Source: an uncultured Lachnospiraceae bacterium
Lineage (GTDB): Bacteria; Bacillota; Clostridia; Lachnospirales; Lachnospiraceae
Direction of reading: 5' to 3'
Length of the DNA stretch: 64,000 bases
NCBI GenBank assembly: GCA_947648875.1
Contig: CANSPM010000011.1
Location: 4,490 to 68,489 of the forward strand
Part shown: positions 39,996-49,977 of the stretch, piece after piece
Position numbering within the stretch: position 1 is the first letter of the stretch
How the letters are laid out: every line of letters begins with the position of its first letter
Notes under the pieces: generated by a model
Databases searched by the model: none
What the model was told of the DNA's origin: nothing
What the model saw: only the letters and a program-made list of their open reading frames with translations
Program-made: the position numbers and the translations under genes

Positions 39996-40484
39996 ATGAA
40001 AGCAAACGGAACGGTTTTCCGCTATGGAGACAATGTGGATACAGACGTTATTATTCCCGCCAGGTATCTGAATTCCTCAGACCCTGCGGAACTGGCCACG
40101 CATTGTATGGAGGATATTGATCAGGAATTTGTAAAAAAGGTGCAGAAGGGGGATATCATCGTCGCGGATAAGAATTTTGGATGCGGTTCCTCCCGGGAGC
40201 ACGCCCCCATCGCCATCAAGGCGGCAGGAGTGAGCTGCGTGATCGCGGAGACTTTTGCCCGAATTTTTTACCGCAATGCCATTAATATAGGTCTGCCGAT
40301 CATTGAGTGCCCGGAGGCCGTAAAGGGCATAGAGGCGGGGGATCAGGTGGAGGTGGACTTCGACAGCGGCATGATCTACAACCGCACTAGAAGCACGCAA
40401 TATAAAGGCCAGGCTTTCCCGGAGTTTATGCAGAAGATCATCGCCGCAGAGGGACTGATCAATTATATCAACAATAAGCAATAG
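39996..40484 (+). CDS. leuD: 3-isopropylmalate dehydratase small subunit
   Basis: 162 aa. '[14 protein letters not shown]' and '[11 protein letters not shown]' are present. Confidence 0.9.
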   Translation: MKANGTVFRYGDNVDTDVIIPARYLNSSDPAELATHCMEDIDQEFVKKVQKGDIIVADKNFGCGSSREHAPIAIKAAGVSCVIAETFARIFYRNAINIGLPIIECPEAVKGIEAGDQVEVDFDSGMIYNRTRSTQYKGQAFPEFMQKIIAAEGLINYINNKQ

Positions 40485-40536
40485 TCCCACACTCTGTGAG
40501 GATGATATTATCATAAACGACGCATGACGTTGCAGA

Positions 40537-40570
40537 GGCATCCGTAATTTTACGGATGCCTTACCTTGTC
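40537..40570 (+). terminator. Hairpin after leuD (terminator candidate, weak U-tract)
   Basis: GGCATCCGTAA (40537-40547) pairs with TTACGGATGCC (40550-40560), followed by TTACCTTGTC. Confidence 0.5.
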
Positions 40571-40773
40571 AGCTGGATGCAACGGCAAGCATATGTTTCA
40601 CAAATGAAAATACAAAAAGGACTGGCTGACCCGCTGAAACTATGATAAAATGAAATCTGAGTGGGGAACAAAAGAAAAGCGGTGCCGGAAGCAAGAGGAT
40701 TTGCCGGGAACACATACGAAAATACGGAGTTGCGTTTTGCGGGAAAAGAACGCGCATCGGAAGGGAGGAATCC

Positions 40774-41196
40774 ATGAGTTGGGACGTTATGATGATAAGA
40801 ACCAAAACCAACGCGGAGGAGACGTTGAATGAGATTAAAGATGAAAATATTATTCCGTTCAAACAGCTCGAAATAGCCCATGAGCTCCAAAGCGTATCCG
40901 CCAGACTGGAGAATGTTTGCTGCTGTGGGGGGGTGTCCTGGCCGAATCTTTACAGCGATAACTGGTCAATAGAATTTTGTGTGGGTGAAAATGAGGAAAC
41001 GGAGGCGGTCACACTGCAAATCAGAGGGGAAGAGGAGCCCAGAGAAGTATTTGCCGCGCTGGCGGCGGACCTGAATGCCAGGCTCATAGACGGCAGCACA
41101 GGTGAGTTTATCTGTCCGGACAAGGCATCTTCCTTTGAGAGATGGAAGGCGTATCGTGACCAGATTGTACACGGTGGGGGAAAAAAGGTACAATAA
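40774..41196 (+). CDS. Hypothetical small acidic cytoplasmic protein (no family recognised)
   Basis: 140 aa. ATG follows GGAAGGGAGG. No TM or signal peptide is present. It contains a 'VCCCGG' cysteine triplet. The codon pattern is coherent and no competing homolog lies on the other strand. Confidence 0.5.
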   Translation: MSWDVMMIRTKTNAEETLNEIKDENIIPFKQLEIAHELQSVSARLENVCCCGGVSWPNLYSDNWSIEFCVGENEETEAVTLQIRGEEEPREVFAALAADLNARLIDGSTGEFICPDKASSFERWKAYRDQIVHGGGKKVQ

Positions 41197-41403
41197 ACAA
41201 GGTATCTGTCACCAGGAGGTTTTATGGATGTGGATGCCTGCCGGAGCATCTGTGGCGGGAATTGGCGTTTGACTCCTTTGTCCTGGTTCCGGAAATTCAG
41301 GAGATCGGCTGCTGCCTGACCAATTCGGACTTTCTGTTTGGCCATTTTGTGGAATGTCGGTGGGATTACGACTGGAACCTGCTTTCGGTGTGGTATTGCT
41401 AGT

Positions 41404-41441
41404 GTACTGACACATCTAGCTGAAAGTAAATGTGTCAGTAC
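41404..41441 (+). repeat. Perfect 12-bp inverted repeat in the region upstream of the MATE gene
   Basis: GTACTGACACAT (41404-41415) is the reverse complement of ATGTGTCAGTAC (41430-41441), with a 14-nt spacer. Confidence 0.7.
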
Positions 41442-41448
41442 CCTGGCG

Positions 41449-41487
41449 CTCCATCCGACCGGGAGTTCGGTTTCCGGCCGGATGGAG
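41449..41487 (+). repeat. Second strong hairpin/inverted repeat in the MATE upstream region
   Basis: CTCCATCCGACCGG pairs with CCGGCCGGATGGAG (13 of 14 bp) around an 11-nt loop. A third hairpin, GCCGCC/GGCGGC (41509-41525), abuts the RBS. Confidence 0.65.
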
Positions 41488-41540
41488 TACTGGACGGAGA
41501 AGGCAGATGCCGCCTGACCGGCGGCGGAACGGAGAAGGTT

Positions 41541-42914
41541 ATGAAAGATGAAGCCGTAAAGAAGAATAAATATGAGATGGATATGTGCAGCGGGCCGCTG
41601 CTGCCCAAGATTCTGCTGTATTCTCTGCCTCTGATGCTGTCGGGCATTTTACAGCTTTTGTTTAACGCCGCCGACATCGTGGTGGTAGGGCGGTTTGCGG
41701 GCAATGACGCTCTGGCGGCGGTGGGTTCCACCAGTTCGTTGATCAATCTGCTGGTGAATGTATTTATGGGGCTGTCCGTGGGCACCAATGTGATGGTGGC
41801 CCGTTTTTTCGGGGCCGGACAGAAAAAGGAACTGGAGGAGATGGTACATACTGCCATACTCACATCCATAGTCAGCGGCGCTGCGCTGATCTTTGTGGGA
41901 CTGGCTCTGTCCAGGCCGGCGCTGCTTCTCATGGACACCCCGGAAAATGTGATTGACCAGTCGGTGTTATACATACGGATCTACTTTGTGGGAATGCCCG
42001 CCATGATGCTCTACAACTTCGGCAGCGCGGTGTTGCGGGCAGTGGGAGATACCCGCAGGCCCCTCTACTTTCTGTTGATTGCGGGTGTTATCAATGTGAT
42101 TCTGAATCTGTTCTTCGTGATTTCTCTGTCCATGGGGGTGGCGGGAGTCGCGCTGGCCACCATTATTTCCCAGACCGTCTCCGCCATTTTGGTGCTGGTC
42201 TGTCTGATGCGCACAAAGAGCGATTATCAGGTTTCACTGAGAAAACTGCGCATTGTGAAAGATAAAATGCTTAAAATGATTCAGATCGGTCTGCCTGCGG
42301 GATTACAGGGGGCTCTGTTCTCCGTTTCCAATGTGTTAATCCAGTCCTCGGTGAACTCCTTCGGTTCCATTGCCATGGCGGGCAACACGGCGGCGCAGAA
42401 CCTGGAAGGCTTTGTCTACACCTCCATGAATTCCCTGCACCAGACCTGCATCAGCTTTACAGGGCAGAACTACGGAGCCAGACAATATAAGCGGATGGGG
42501 AGGATACTCTTAATCTGTCAGGGCTGCGTCATAGCGGTGGGAGTGCTCATGGGTAACGGGGTCTATCTGGCGGGGGGGACGCTGCTGAAACTTTATTCTC
42601 CCGATCCGGAGGTGATTCGGTACGGGATTCTACGTCTTTCCTATATCTGTACCACTTATGCCCTCTGCGGTATGATGGACGTGATGGTGGGAGCGCTGCG
42701 GGGGATGGGGTACAGCGTTATGCCCATGCTGGTGTCCTTGACCGGGGCCTGCCTTTTCCGGGTGGTGTGGATTATGACGCTTTTCAGGGCCAGCCCCAGT
42801 CTGAAGACGCTGTATGTGTCCTATCCCATCAGTTGGACGCTGACCTTTGCAGTGCATCTGCTGTGTTTTCTGGTGGTATACCGTAGAATGCGGCGCCGAA
42901 TGCCGTCTGGGTAA
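41541..42914 (+). CDS. MATE-family efflux transporter
   Basis: ATG at 41541 follows GGAGAAGG. About 457 aa with 12 predicted TM segments. 'LPLMLSGILQLLFNAADIVVVGR' is typical of NorM/DinF-type MATE proteins. Confidence 0.85.
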   Translation: MKDEAVKKNKYEMDMCSGPLLPKILLYSLPLMLSGILQLLFNAADIVVVGRFAGNDALAAVGSTSSLINLLVNVFMGLSVGTNVMVARFFGAGQKKELEEMVHTAILTSIVSGAALIFVGLALSRPALLLMDTPENVIDQSVLYIRIYFVGMPAMMLYNFGSAVLRAVGDTRRPLYFLLIAGVINVILNLFFVISLSMGVAGVALATIISQTVSAILVLVCLMRTKSDYQVSLRKLRIVKDKMLKMIQIGLPAGLQGALFSVSNVLIQSSVNSFGSIAMAGNTAAQNLEGFVYTSMNSLHQTCISFTGQNYGARQYKRMGRILLICQGCVIAVGVLMGNGVYLAGGTLLKLYSPDPEVIRYGILRLSYICTTYALCGMMDVMVGALRGMGYSVMPMLVSLTGACLFRVVWIMTLFRASPSLKTLYVSYPISWTLTFAVHLLCFLVVYRRMRRRMPSG

Positions 42915-43221
42915 AGCAGGGGCATGGACGGAGGCATTGTTCAAACTAAAATGGATGAAGGGCACAGGTGACTTACATGAATGAATTGATGAGAGACCGT
43001 TCATAGAAAAAGATTCTCTGGATTATTCCATAGAAAGTCTTGGGTATAAGGAACATATTGCACAGGCAAAAAAGGGTGACTTTATCGCGATTGTATAATG
43101 CATGAAGTCATGGACTGTACAACGCAGGCAAACGGGCTTTGATTCGGCGAGGTGCTCTCTGAACGGAACTACTAAGCGTTGATGAGTATCCTATGAAAAG
43201 TGAATTAGAAGGAGTGAAACA

Positions 43222-44013
43222 ATGGCTAATTTAAAGATTCGATTTTACGCGAATGCATTGAACAGAAATACTACATTTGAAATGTATCTCCCAGGGGATG
43301 TCCGCAGAGATATTCCCCAGGAGGAGACTGCCTATACCAGCAGGAAAACCAGAGCGCTTTTCCTGCTGCATGGTTACACCGGCGACGCCGGGAACTGGGT
43401 TCCTGAGTATATAGCGCAAAAGTATAATTTTGCGGTGATAGTTCCCAACGGGGAAAACGCGTTCTGGCTGGACGGTCTGTCCACAGGTCACAAATACTGC
43501 ACTTTTGTGGGGGAGGAATTGGTGCGGTATATCCGCCAAACCTTTGGACTGGCCATGGGGCCTGAGGAGACCTGTATCATGGGACTGTCCATGGGTGGTT
43601 TTGGCGCGCTGCATACGGCGCTGGCTTATCCGGAGCATTTTGGCAAGGCGGCGGCTCTGTCCTCCGCGCTGATCGTCCATAAGATCGCGCATATGAAACC
43701 GGGGGAGAGCAATCCGGTGGCAAATTATGAGTACTATCGGGAATGCTTTGGGGATCTGGACAAAGTCCTGGAAAGCGATAACAACCCCGAGACGCTGGTA
43801 CGCAGACTAAAGGAGAGGGGAACTTCCATCCCTGAGATTTTTATGAGCTGTGGCACGGAAGATTTTTTGTTGGAAAATAACAGGGAGTTTCACCGCTATC
43901 TGGAAAGCATGGATGTTCCCCATACTTATCTGGAAAGCAAGGGCGGCCATGACATGGTTTTCTGGGATGAGTATGCGGTCAAATTTACGGAAATGATGTT
44001 CGGCGGGGAATGA
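43222..44013 (+). CDS. Alpha/beta-hydrolase esterase (esterase D / putative-esterase family)
   Basis: 263 aa. 'LLHGYTGDAGNW' and the nucleophile elbow 'GLSMGGFGA' are present, with a C-terminal 'GGHDMVFW'. Confidence 0.75.
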   Translation: MANLKIRFYANALNRNTTFEMYLPGDVRRDIPQEETAYTSRKTRALFLLHGYTGDAGNWVPEYIAQKYNFAVIVPNGENAFWLDGLSTGHKYCTFVGEELVRYIRQTFGLAMGPEETCIMGLSMGGFGALHTALAYPEHFGKAAALSSALIVHKIAHMKPGESNPVANYEYYRECFGDLDKVLESDNNPETLVRRLKERGTSIPEIFMSCGTEDFLLENNREFHRYLESMDVPHTYLESKGGHDMVFWDEYAVKFTEMMFGGE

Positions 44014-44254
44014 GGCCGTTATACATAACAAAGGGGCGATGGCGCTACAGGCTGTCGCCACTTGCCGTCTCCTGACAAAATAATCTGCCGGGCTGCGACA
44101 TTTTGCGGACATTTCTCTGTTATACGAATGCGAGGAACGCAGCGGATTCGGCAGGGCTTTCGTGGTACAGCCGCAGGGTCCTGCCCGTTTTGTATGATAT
44201 CCGTTGGAGATCTGCTTTGCTGAGATACAAATTACAGATTTATGGCAAAAACGC

Positions 44255-44283
44255 TTGAAACATATGTTCGCGTGTGATAGAAT
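44255..44283 (+). promoter_or_regulatory. SigA-type promoter of ruvAB
   Basis: TTGAAA (44255-44260), 17-nt spacer, extended -10 TGaTAGAAT (44275-44283). Confidence 0.55.
44257..44270. promoter_or_regulatory. LexA (Cheo/SOS) box overlapping the ruvA -35 element
   Basis: The minus-strand reading is CGAACATATGTTTC. It matches every position of the Gram-positive consensus CGAACRNRYGTTYC. Confidence 0.6.
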
Positions 44284-44309
44284 AAGTAGACTGACTTGGG
44301 AGGAAAATC

Positions 44310-44927
44310 ATGTTTGCTTATGTGAAGGGAATTGTGGCGGATATCGGAGAGGATTGCTGTGTCATAGATGTACATGACGTGGGAATAAACATCCATATTT
44401 CAGCCCGGACAGCGGCCAGGATGCCGGGGATTGGCCAGGAGGCCAGGCTGTATACATATACCAGCGTGCGGGAGGACGCGTTCTGGCTCTATGGATTTCT
44501 TCAAAAAGGAGATCTGGAAATGTTCAGACGCTGTATTACCGTCAGCGGCATCGGCCCCAAGGGAGCACTGGGACTTTTGTCTGAGCTGGACGGGGATCAG
44601 CTGCGGTTTGCCATTCTGGCCCAGGACGTGAAAGCCCTATCCAAGGCTCCGGGAATCGGAAAGCGCACGGCGGAGCGCCTGGTGTTGGAACTGAAAGACA
44701 AGCTGGACTATGGCGCCGCCGATTTTTCCGGGGAGGCCGCCGCTTACGCAGGCGACCGGAACGCGGGGGGCCTGCCGGAGCACCCCGGCAAGCGCGAGGC
44801 AGTGGAGGCGCTGGTGGCGTTGGGCTACGGACAGAGCGAGGCCATGAAAGCTGTCAGCCAGGTGGAGAGAGCGGAGACGATGGATGCCTCTACACTGTTG
44901 AAGCAGGCGCTGAAAAAAATGTTTTAG
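44310..44927 (+). CDS. ruvA: Holliday junction branch-migration complex subunit RuvA
   Basis: 205 aa. 'MFAYVKG', 'REDAFWLYGF' and the HhH repeats 'VSGIGPKGAL' and 'APGIGKRTAERL' are present. Confidence 0.9.
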   Translation: MFAYVKGIVADIGEDCCVIDVHDVGINIHISARTAARMPGIGQEARLYTYTSVREDAFWLYGFLQKGDLEMFRRCITVSGIGPKGALGLLSELDGDQLRFAILAQDVKALSKAPGIGKRTAERLVLELKDKLDYGAADFSGEAAAYAGDRNAGGLPEHPGKREAVEALVALGYGQSEAMKAVSQVERAETMDASTLLKQALKKMF

Positions 44928-45027
44928 AATAAAGAGCTGTGGTACAGATATGGGTACAGGCCGAAGGCATGCCAAAAAATGAGGAAAGAATGGCCCGGGC
45001 AGTTTTGCGTGAGCTGGTAACAAAGAT

Positions 45028-46026
45028 ATGGCTAAGAGAATGATAGAAACCAACCTGACCGAAGAGGACGTGAAGATTGAGGGGTCCCTGCGGCCCCAGG
45101 TGCTGGCGGACTATATTGGACAGTCCAAGGTAAAACAGACTTTAAAAATTTACATTGAAGCGGCCAAGCAGCGGGGAGACGCCCTGGACCATGTGTTGTT
45201 TTACGGTCCGCCGGGGTTGGGAAAGACCACTTTGGCCTCCATTATAGCCAACGAGATGGGGGTACATCTGAAAGTGACCAGCGGTCCCGCCATTGAAAAG
45301 CCGGGGGAGCTTGCCGCCATTTTGAACAATCTGGAAGAGGGAGACCTGCTGTTTGTAGATGAAATCCACCGTCTGAGCCGTCAGGTGGAGGAAGTGCTGT
45401 ATCCCGCTATGGAAGATTACTGTATTGATGTGATGATCGGCAAAGGGCCTACGGCCCGTTCCGTGCGTCTGGAGTTGCCCTGTTTTACGCTGGTGGGAGC
45501 TACCACCAGAGTGGGGCTTCTGACAGCGCCTCTGCGGGACCGCTTTGGTATGATTCATCATCTGGAGTTCTACTCCGTGCAGGAGTTAAAGCTGATTGTA
45601 CAGCATTCTGCTAAAGTGTTGGGCGTGGAGATCGACGAAAAAGGGGCCGTGGAACTGGCCCGTCGCAGCCGTGGAACTCCCAGACTGGCCAACCGGATCT
45701 TAAAACGTGTACGGGATTTTGCCCAGGTCAAATATGACGGCAGAATCACCGAGGAGGTGGCCCGGGAGGCTCTGGATCTGATGGATGTGGACAAGCTGGG
45801 CCTGGACCATATAGACCGCAACATTCTGAACACCATGATCGAGAAATTTCAGGGGGGGCCGGTGGGCCTGGACACCCTGGCCGCCGCCATCGGAGAGGAC
45901 GCGGGGACCATCGAGGACGTGGTGGAGCCATATCTGCTGAAAAACGGACTCATTAACCGGACCCCCCGGGGACGGGTGGTGACGGAGTGTGCTTATAGGC
46001 ACCTGGGACTGGAGCCCATACTGTGA
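45028..46026 (+). CDS. ruvB: Holliday junction ATP-dependent DNA helicase RuvB
   Basis: Walker A 'GPPGLGKTT', Walker B 'LFVDEIHRL', and 'GATTR.G.L..PLRDRFG'. Confidence 0.95.
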   Translation: MAKRMIETNLTEEDVKIEGSLRPQVLADYIGQSKVKQTLKIYIEAAKQRGDALDHVLFYGPPGLGKTTLASIIANEMGVHLKVTSGPAIEKPGELAAILNNLEEGDLLFVDEIHRLSRQVEEVLYPAMEDYCIDVMIGKGPTARSVRLELPCFTLVGATTRVGLLTAPLRDRFGMIHHLEFYSVQELKLIVQHSAKVLGVEIDEKGAVELARRSRGTPRLANRILKRVRDFAQVKYDGRITEEVAREALDLMDVDKLGLDHIDRNILNTMIEKFQGGPVGLDTLAAAIGEDAGTIEDVVEPYLLKNGLINRTPRGRVVTECAYRHLGLEPIL

Positions 46027-46118
46027 AATGACACAGTGCAGGTCAATGGCGATTCTGATTTTAGAATCTGGCCCCCGATCAGAGGGAGATTACAGATTTG
46101 AAGACCTCACAGCAAACA

Positions 46119-46162
46119 GGCGCTATATCATCCCTGACGGGAGTATAGCGCCTGTTGTCTTC
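46119..46162 (+). terminator. Intrinsic terminator candidate after ruvB
   Basis: GGCGCTATA (46119-46127) pairs with TATAGCGCC (46144-46152), followed by TGTTGTCTTC. Confidence 0.55.
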
Positions 46163-46232
46163 AGCAACTCTTGATCTGCGTAATGCCCGAAACACAGTTT
46201 ATGAAAAGATTCAGGAAAATAACGGAATGGGC

Positions 46233-46261
46233 TTGTCTGCCCGCCTAATCTGATATATAAT
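46233..46261 (+). promoter_or_regulatory. SigA-type promoter upstream of zapA
   Basis: TTGTCT (46233-46238), 17-nt spacer, TATAAT (46256-46261). The leader is about 135 nt. Confidence 0.45.
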
Positions 46262-46400
46262 AAGAGAAACAGATATTGTGTTCCTATAGTACAAAGGAGC
46301 GCATATATTGTAGTTTGATGTCGACTATCGATTGAAAGAAGAATATTTTGCGGATATGTCTTTTAATATCTACATATAAAAGTATGAAAGGGTGGGAAAC

Positions 46401-46814
46401 ATGGCTTCAAAAACAGATACAGAGGTAATCATTGGCGGAAAAGTTTTTACACTCAGCGGTTACGAAAGTGAGGAGTATCTGCAAAAGGTGGCCTCCTATA
46501 TCAATAACAAAGTGAACGAATACAGCAAGGTAGACAGTTTTCGCAGACAGCCGCTGGATACCCAGGCTGTGCTGTTGCAGCTGAATATCGCGGACGATTA
46601 TTTCAAGGCCAAGAAGCAGATCGCCCTGTTGGAGGAGGAGTTACAGAATAAGGAGAAGGAATTGTATGACTTGAAGCACGAATTGATTTCCTCACAGATC
46701 AAAATGGAGAACATGGAGAAGGACTCCAGGGAGATGGAATTACAGTTGCGGGAGAATGTCAAACAAATTGAGAAGCTGGAAAAAGAACAGAAAAATAAGA
46801 AGCTGCCGGTGTAG
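46401..46814 (+). CDS. zapA: Cell division protein ZapA-like
   Basis: 'EVIIGGKVFTLSGYESEEYLQKVASYINNKV' fits the ZapA N-terminal pattern, followed by a C-terminal coiled coil. Confidence 0.7.
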   Translation: MASKTDTEVIIGGKVFTLSGYESEEYLQKVASYINNKVNEYSKVDSFRRQPLDTQAVLLQLNIADDYFKAKKQIALLEEELQNKEKELYDLKHELISSQIKMENMEKDSREMELQLRENVKQIEKLEKEQKNKKLPV

Positions 46815-46964
46815 GGCAGCTTTTCGATTCATGACAGAAAATCCAGCCATATATGAATCCCTGCAAAACGTGGATTGATATAGATTATGATAATGGAATC
46901 CCGTTTAACCGGAGAAATCAGGAAAAATCTGATACTCCCCAAAACGGACAGATTGGGAAAAAAT

Positions 46965-49397
46965 ATGGAGAGGCAAGTACAAGAAGCACATAGAGGAAAA
47001 AGAATAGAGCTGCTGGCCCCGGCGGGCAATCGGGAAGCCTTTTACGGTGCCGTACACGCAGGAGCGGATGCCATCTACATGGGCGGTGAAAAATTTGGGG
47101 CCAGGGCTTACGCGGACAATTTTTCCGGGGAAGAATTAACCGATTGTATACGGTATGGGCACATACATGGGTGCAGAAGTTACCTGACCGTGAACACCTT
47201 GCTGAAAGAACAGGAACTTTCGGAGATGGCAAAAGAACTTAAGCCTCTCTATGAGGCAGGACTGGATGGCGTGATTGTGCAGGATATAGGGGCGTTACAG
47301 GTGATTTGCCGTCATTTTCCGAAGCTAGAACTTCACGCCAGCACGCAGATGACCGTCACCGGACCGGAAGGCGCAAAACTGTTGAAGGAACTGGGGGTAT
47401 CCAGGGTGGTGCCGGCCAGGGAACTCAGCCTGCGGGAACTGGAGAGGTTAAAACGGGAGAGCGGCCTGGAGGTGGAGGCCTTCATACATGGGTCCATGTG
47501 TTATTGCTATTCCGGGGCATGTCTGTTCAGCAGCTTTTTGGGAGGCCGCAGCGGCAACCGGGGGCGCTGTGCCCAGCCCTGTAGGCTGGCCTACGAAACG
47601 GACAGCCCGGGCGAAGCGGTCCACAGAAAAGAATATTACCCCTTAAGCCTGAAAGATTTGTGCGCCATTGAGCATTTGCCTGAACTGATCGAGGGAGGCA
47701 TAGACTCTCTCAAGATCGAGGGCCGTATGAAAAAGCCGGAATACGCGGCAGGGGTAACGGCCATTTACCGGAAATACATTGACCGGTATCTGGCTCATCG
47801 GGAAGAAGCCTTTCATGTGGAGAAAGAAGATCTGGAGGCTCTGTCCAGACTGTATATTCGCAGTCAGAGACAGGACGGATATTTTTTCAGACAAAACGGG
47901 CGGGAGATGGTAACGCTGGAAAGCCCTTCCTACAGCGGCAGTGACGAAACAGAGCTCCGGCAGGTGCGGCAACGATATATAGAAGAGAAAAAGCGGTTGC
48001 ATATCCGGATGAAGGCGGAATTTATCTGCGGCAAGCCGGCCTGTCTCCAAATAGAAACGGGGGAATGGCGGACGGAGGTATGGGGCGGCATGGTAGAGCC
48101 CGCCCAGAACCGTCCCATCCTTGCAGCAGATATCCGAAAACAGCTGCAAAAACTGGGAGAGACCTGTTTTGCGCTGGAAAGCCTGGAAATTTTTACAGAC
48201 GAAAAGGGGTTTTACGCCCTGAAGGAGATTAACGCTCTGCGGCGGGAGGCCGTGCGTCGATTGGAAGAGCAGGTGATAGCGGGCCACGGGCTGGCGGTGA
48301 GCAGGGAAGCGGCACGGGATGCCCTGCCGCCGGATTGTCTGGCTGTGGCGGCAGAGAATGCGCGGGACGGGGATATGGCGGCTGTGAGGATTTCTTCTAT
48401 CGGGGGAGTGCGGGTTCATATTTCCACAGAGGAACAGCTTCTGTATCTGGCAGAGCATTTATCCGCAAATCGCCAAAACCGGGAGCAAAAAAACAGGAGA
48501 TGGACCATAGAGCGGCTTTATGTGGAAAGTTACCTGTTTCCGGGTGGCCCGCCCCGGAACCCCCGGACCGAAAAGCGAAAGGCGGATTTATACGAAGCAG
48601 GGCAGAATACAGAAAGAAAAAAGACAGGGCAGGCGCTGGAATGCCTGCAAAAAGAGGGGATTGCCCTGTGGGTTGCCCTTCCCTATATCCTGCGGGACAA
48701 GGACCGCAAAATAATGGAAAATTGCATGGAACTATTTCGGCAGGGAAAAATACAGGGTTTTTTGGTAAGGAATCTGGAAGAATACGGATGGCTGCGGCAG
48801 AGGGCAGAGACAGGGGAGAAGGCTGTTCCCTGGGCGGATTCCCGGAGGCCGCCATATGCTTATGGGCAGACAGAGGCACAGTGGATATGGCTGGACCACA
48901 CAGTCTATATATGGAACAGTCAGTCGGCGGCGTTCTGGCGGAAAAAGGGCTGCGGGCTGACCTGTCCCCTGGAGTTAACCGGCAGGGAATGGGAGCAGGC
49001 ACATGGCGTCCGGGGCCCGGGAGACGGTGCGCCGGAAAAACTGGTCTATGGACGCGTTCCCATGATGGTGACTGCCAACTGTATTGCCAGAACTGCGGGG
49101 AAATGCCTGCGCGGACAGAACGGCCAGGCGAAAGGAGAACTGACAGATCGTTATCGGACAGGATTTCCTGTGGAGATTCGCTGTGATGTGTGTATGAATG
49201 TCATATATAACAGCGTGCCCCTCTCCCTGCACAAAGAATGTATACATGGCATGAAGAAACGTCTGTCTTTCACCACGGAAAGCGGCGGGGAAATGTGGGA
49301 GATTCTGCGTTTTTTTGCGGAAATAAAAGACGCGGCCACAGGGAAACCGCCCTACAAAAATTATACTGCCGGTCATGAAAAGAAGGGGGTATTATAG
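46965..49397 (+). CDS. Long U32-family peptidase-like protein
   Basis: 'IELLAPAGNREAFYGAVHAGADAIYMGGEKFGARAYA', 'VIVQD.G' and 'ARELS..E' are U32 signatures. The protein has a long C-terminal extension. The start is uncertain: the ORF is open from 46887. Confidence 0.8.
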   Translation: MERQVQEAHRGKRIELLAPAGNREAFYGAVHAGADAIYMGGEKFGARAYADNFSGEELTDCIRYGHIHGCRSYLTVNTLLKEQELSEMAKELKPLYEAGLDGVIVQDIGALQVICRHFPKLELHASTQMTVTGPEGAKLLKELGVSRVVPARELSLRELERLKRESGLEVEAFIHGSMCYCYSGACLFSSFLGGRSGNRGRCAQPCRLAYETDSPGEAVHRKEYYPLSLKDLCAIEHLPELIEGGIDSLKIEGRMKKPEYAAGVTAIYRKYIDRYLAHREEAFHVEKEDLEALSRLYIRSQRQDGYFFRQNGREMVTLESPSYSGSDETELRQVRQRYIEEKKRLHIRMKAEFICGKPACLQIETGEWRTEVWGGMVEPAQNRPILAADIRKQLQKLGETCFALESLEIFTDEKGFYALKEINALRREAVRRLEEQVIAGHGLAVSREAARDALPPDCLAVAAENARDGDMAAVRISSIGGVRVHISTEEQLLYLAEHLSANRQNREQKNRRWTIERLYVESYLFPGGPPRNPRTEKRKADLYEAGQNTERKKTGQALECLQKEGIALWVALPYILRDKDRKIMENCMELFRQGKIQGFLVRNLEEYGWLRQRAETGEKAVPWADSRRPPYAYGQTEAQWIWLDHTVYIWNSQSAAFWRKKGCGLTCPLELTGREWEQAHGVRGPGDGAPEKLVYGRVPMMVTANCIARTAGKCLRGQNGQAKGELTDRYRTGFPVEIRCDVCMNVIYNSVPLSLHKECIHGMKKRLSFTTESGGEMWEILRFFAEIKDAATGKPPYKNYTAGHEKKGVL

Positions 49398-49436
49398 GGC
49401 AGGAAGAATCTGGCGCGCAAATTTTTGATTTTATGG

Positions 49437-49465
49437 TTGCTATTCCCGCCGATTTCGTCTATACT
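49437..49465 (+). promoter_or_regulatory. Candidate promoter of the Nudix gene
   Basis: TTGCTA (49437-49442), 17-nt spacer, TATACT (49460-49465). Confidence 0.4.
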
Positions 49466-49505
49466 TACCTTAGTCATATGACACACCGGATCGGAGGGAA
49501 TTGCA

Positions 49506-49958
49506 ATGATCGAAGCAACGAGCTGTGGTGGTGTGGTAATTTTCCGGGGCAAGATTTTACTCTTGTATAAGAATTACAGGAATAAATACGAAGGCTGGGT
49601 TCTTCCCAAAGGCACCGTGGAAGAGGGCGAAGAGTACAAGGAGACTGCCCTGCGGGAGGTACTTGAGGAATCCGGCGCCAAAGCGTCCATCATCAAGTAT
49701 ATCGGAAAAAGCGAATACACCTTTGCTGCGGCGGAGGATATCGTGTCCAAGGATGTACACTGGTATCTGATGATGGCGGACAGTTATTACAGCAAGCCAC
49801 AGAAAGAGGAGTTTTTTGTTGACTCAGGATTTTACAAGTACCATGAGGCATGCCACTTGCTGAAATTTGCCAATGAAAAGCAGATTTTGGAGAGAGCGTA
49901 CAACGAATATCTGGAACTGAAGAAAAATAACCTGTGGGGCAGCAAAAAATACTATTAA
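49506..49958 (+). CDS. NUDIX hydrolase
   Basis: Nudix box 'GTVEEGEEYKETALREVLEESGA' (G-x5-E-x7-REUxEExGU). Confidence 0.8.
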   Translation: MIEATSCGGVVIFRGKILLLYKNYRNKYEGWVLPKGTVEEGEEYKETALREVLEESGAKASIIKYIGKSEYTFAAAEDIVSKDVHWYLMMADSYYSKPQKEEFFVDSGFYKYHEACHLLKFANEKQILERAYNEYLELKKNNLWGSKKYY

Positions 49959-49977
49959 CCTGAGTGACGCAGGTTCT

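Noticed and set aside
44094-44114. Tandem TGCGACATTT / TGCGGACATTT direct repeat downstream of the esterase gene
   Set aside because: It is short and imperfect, has no associated promoter or gene start, and is probably a chance occurrence.
45989-46174. 61-aa + strand ORF overlapping the ruvB stop
   Set aside because: It has no RBS, it overlaps the ruvB 3' end and the terminator hairpin, and its composition is unremarkable.
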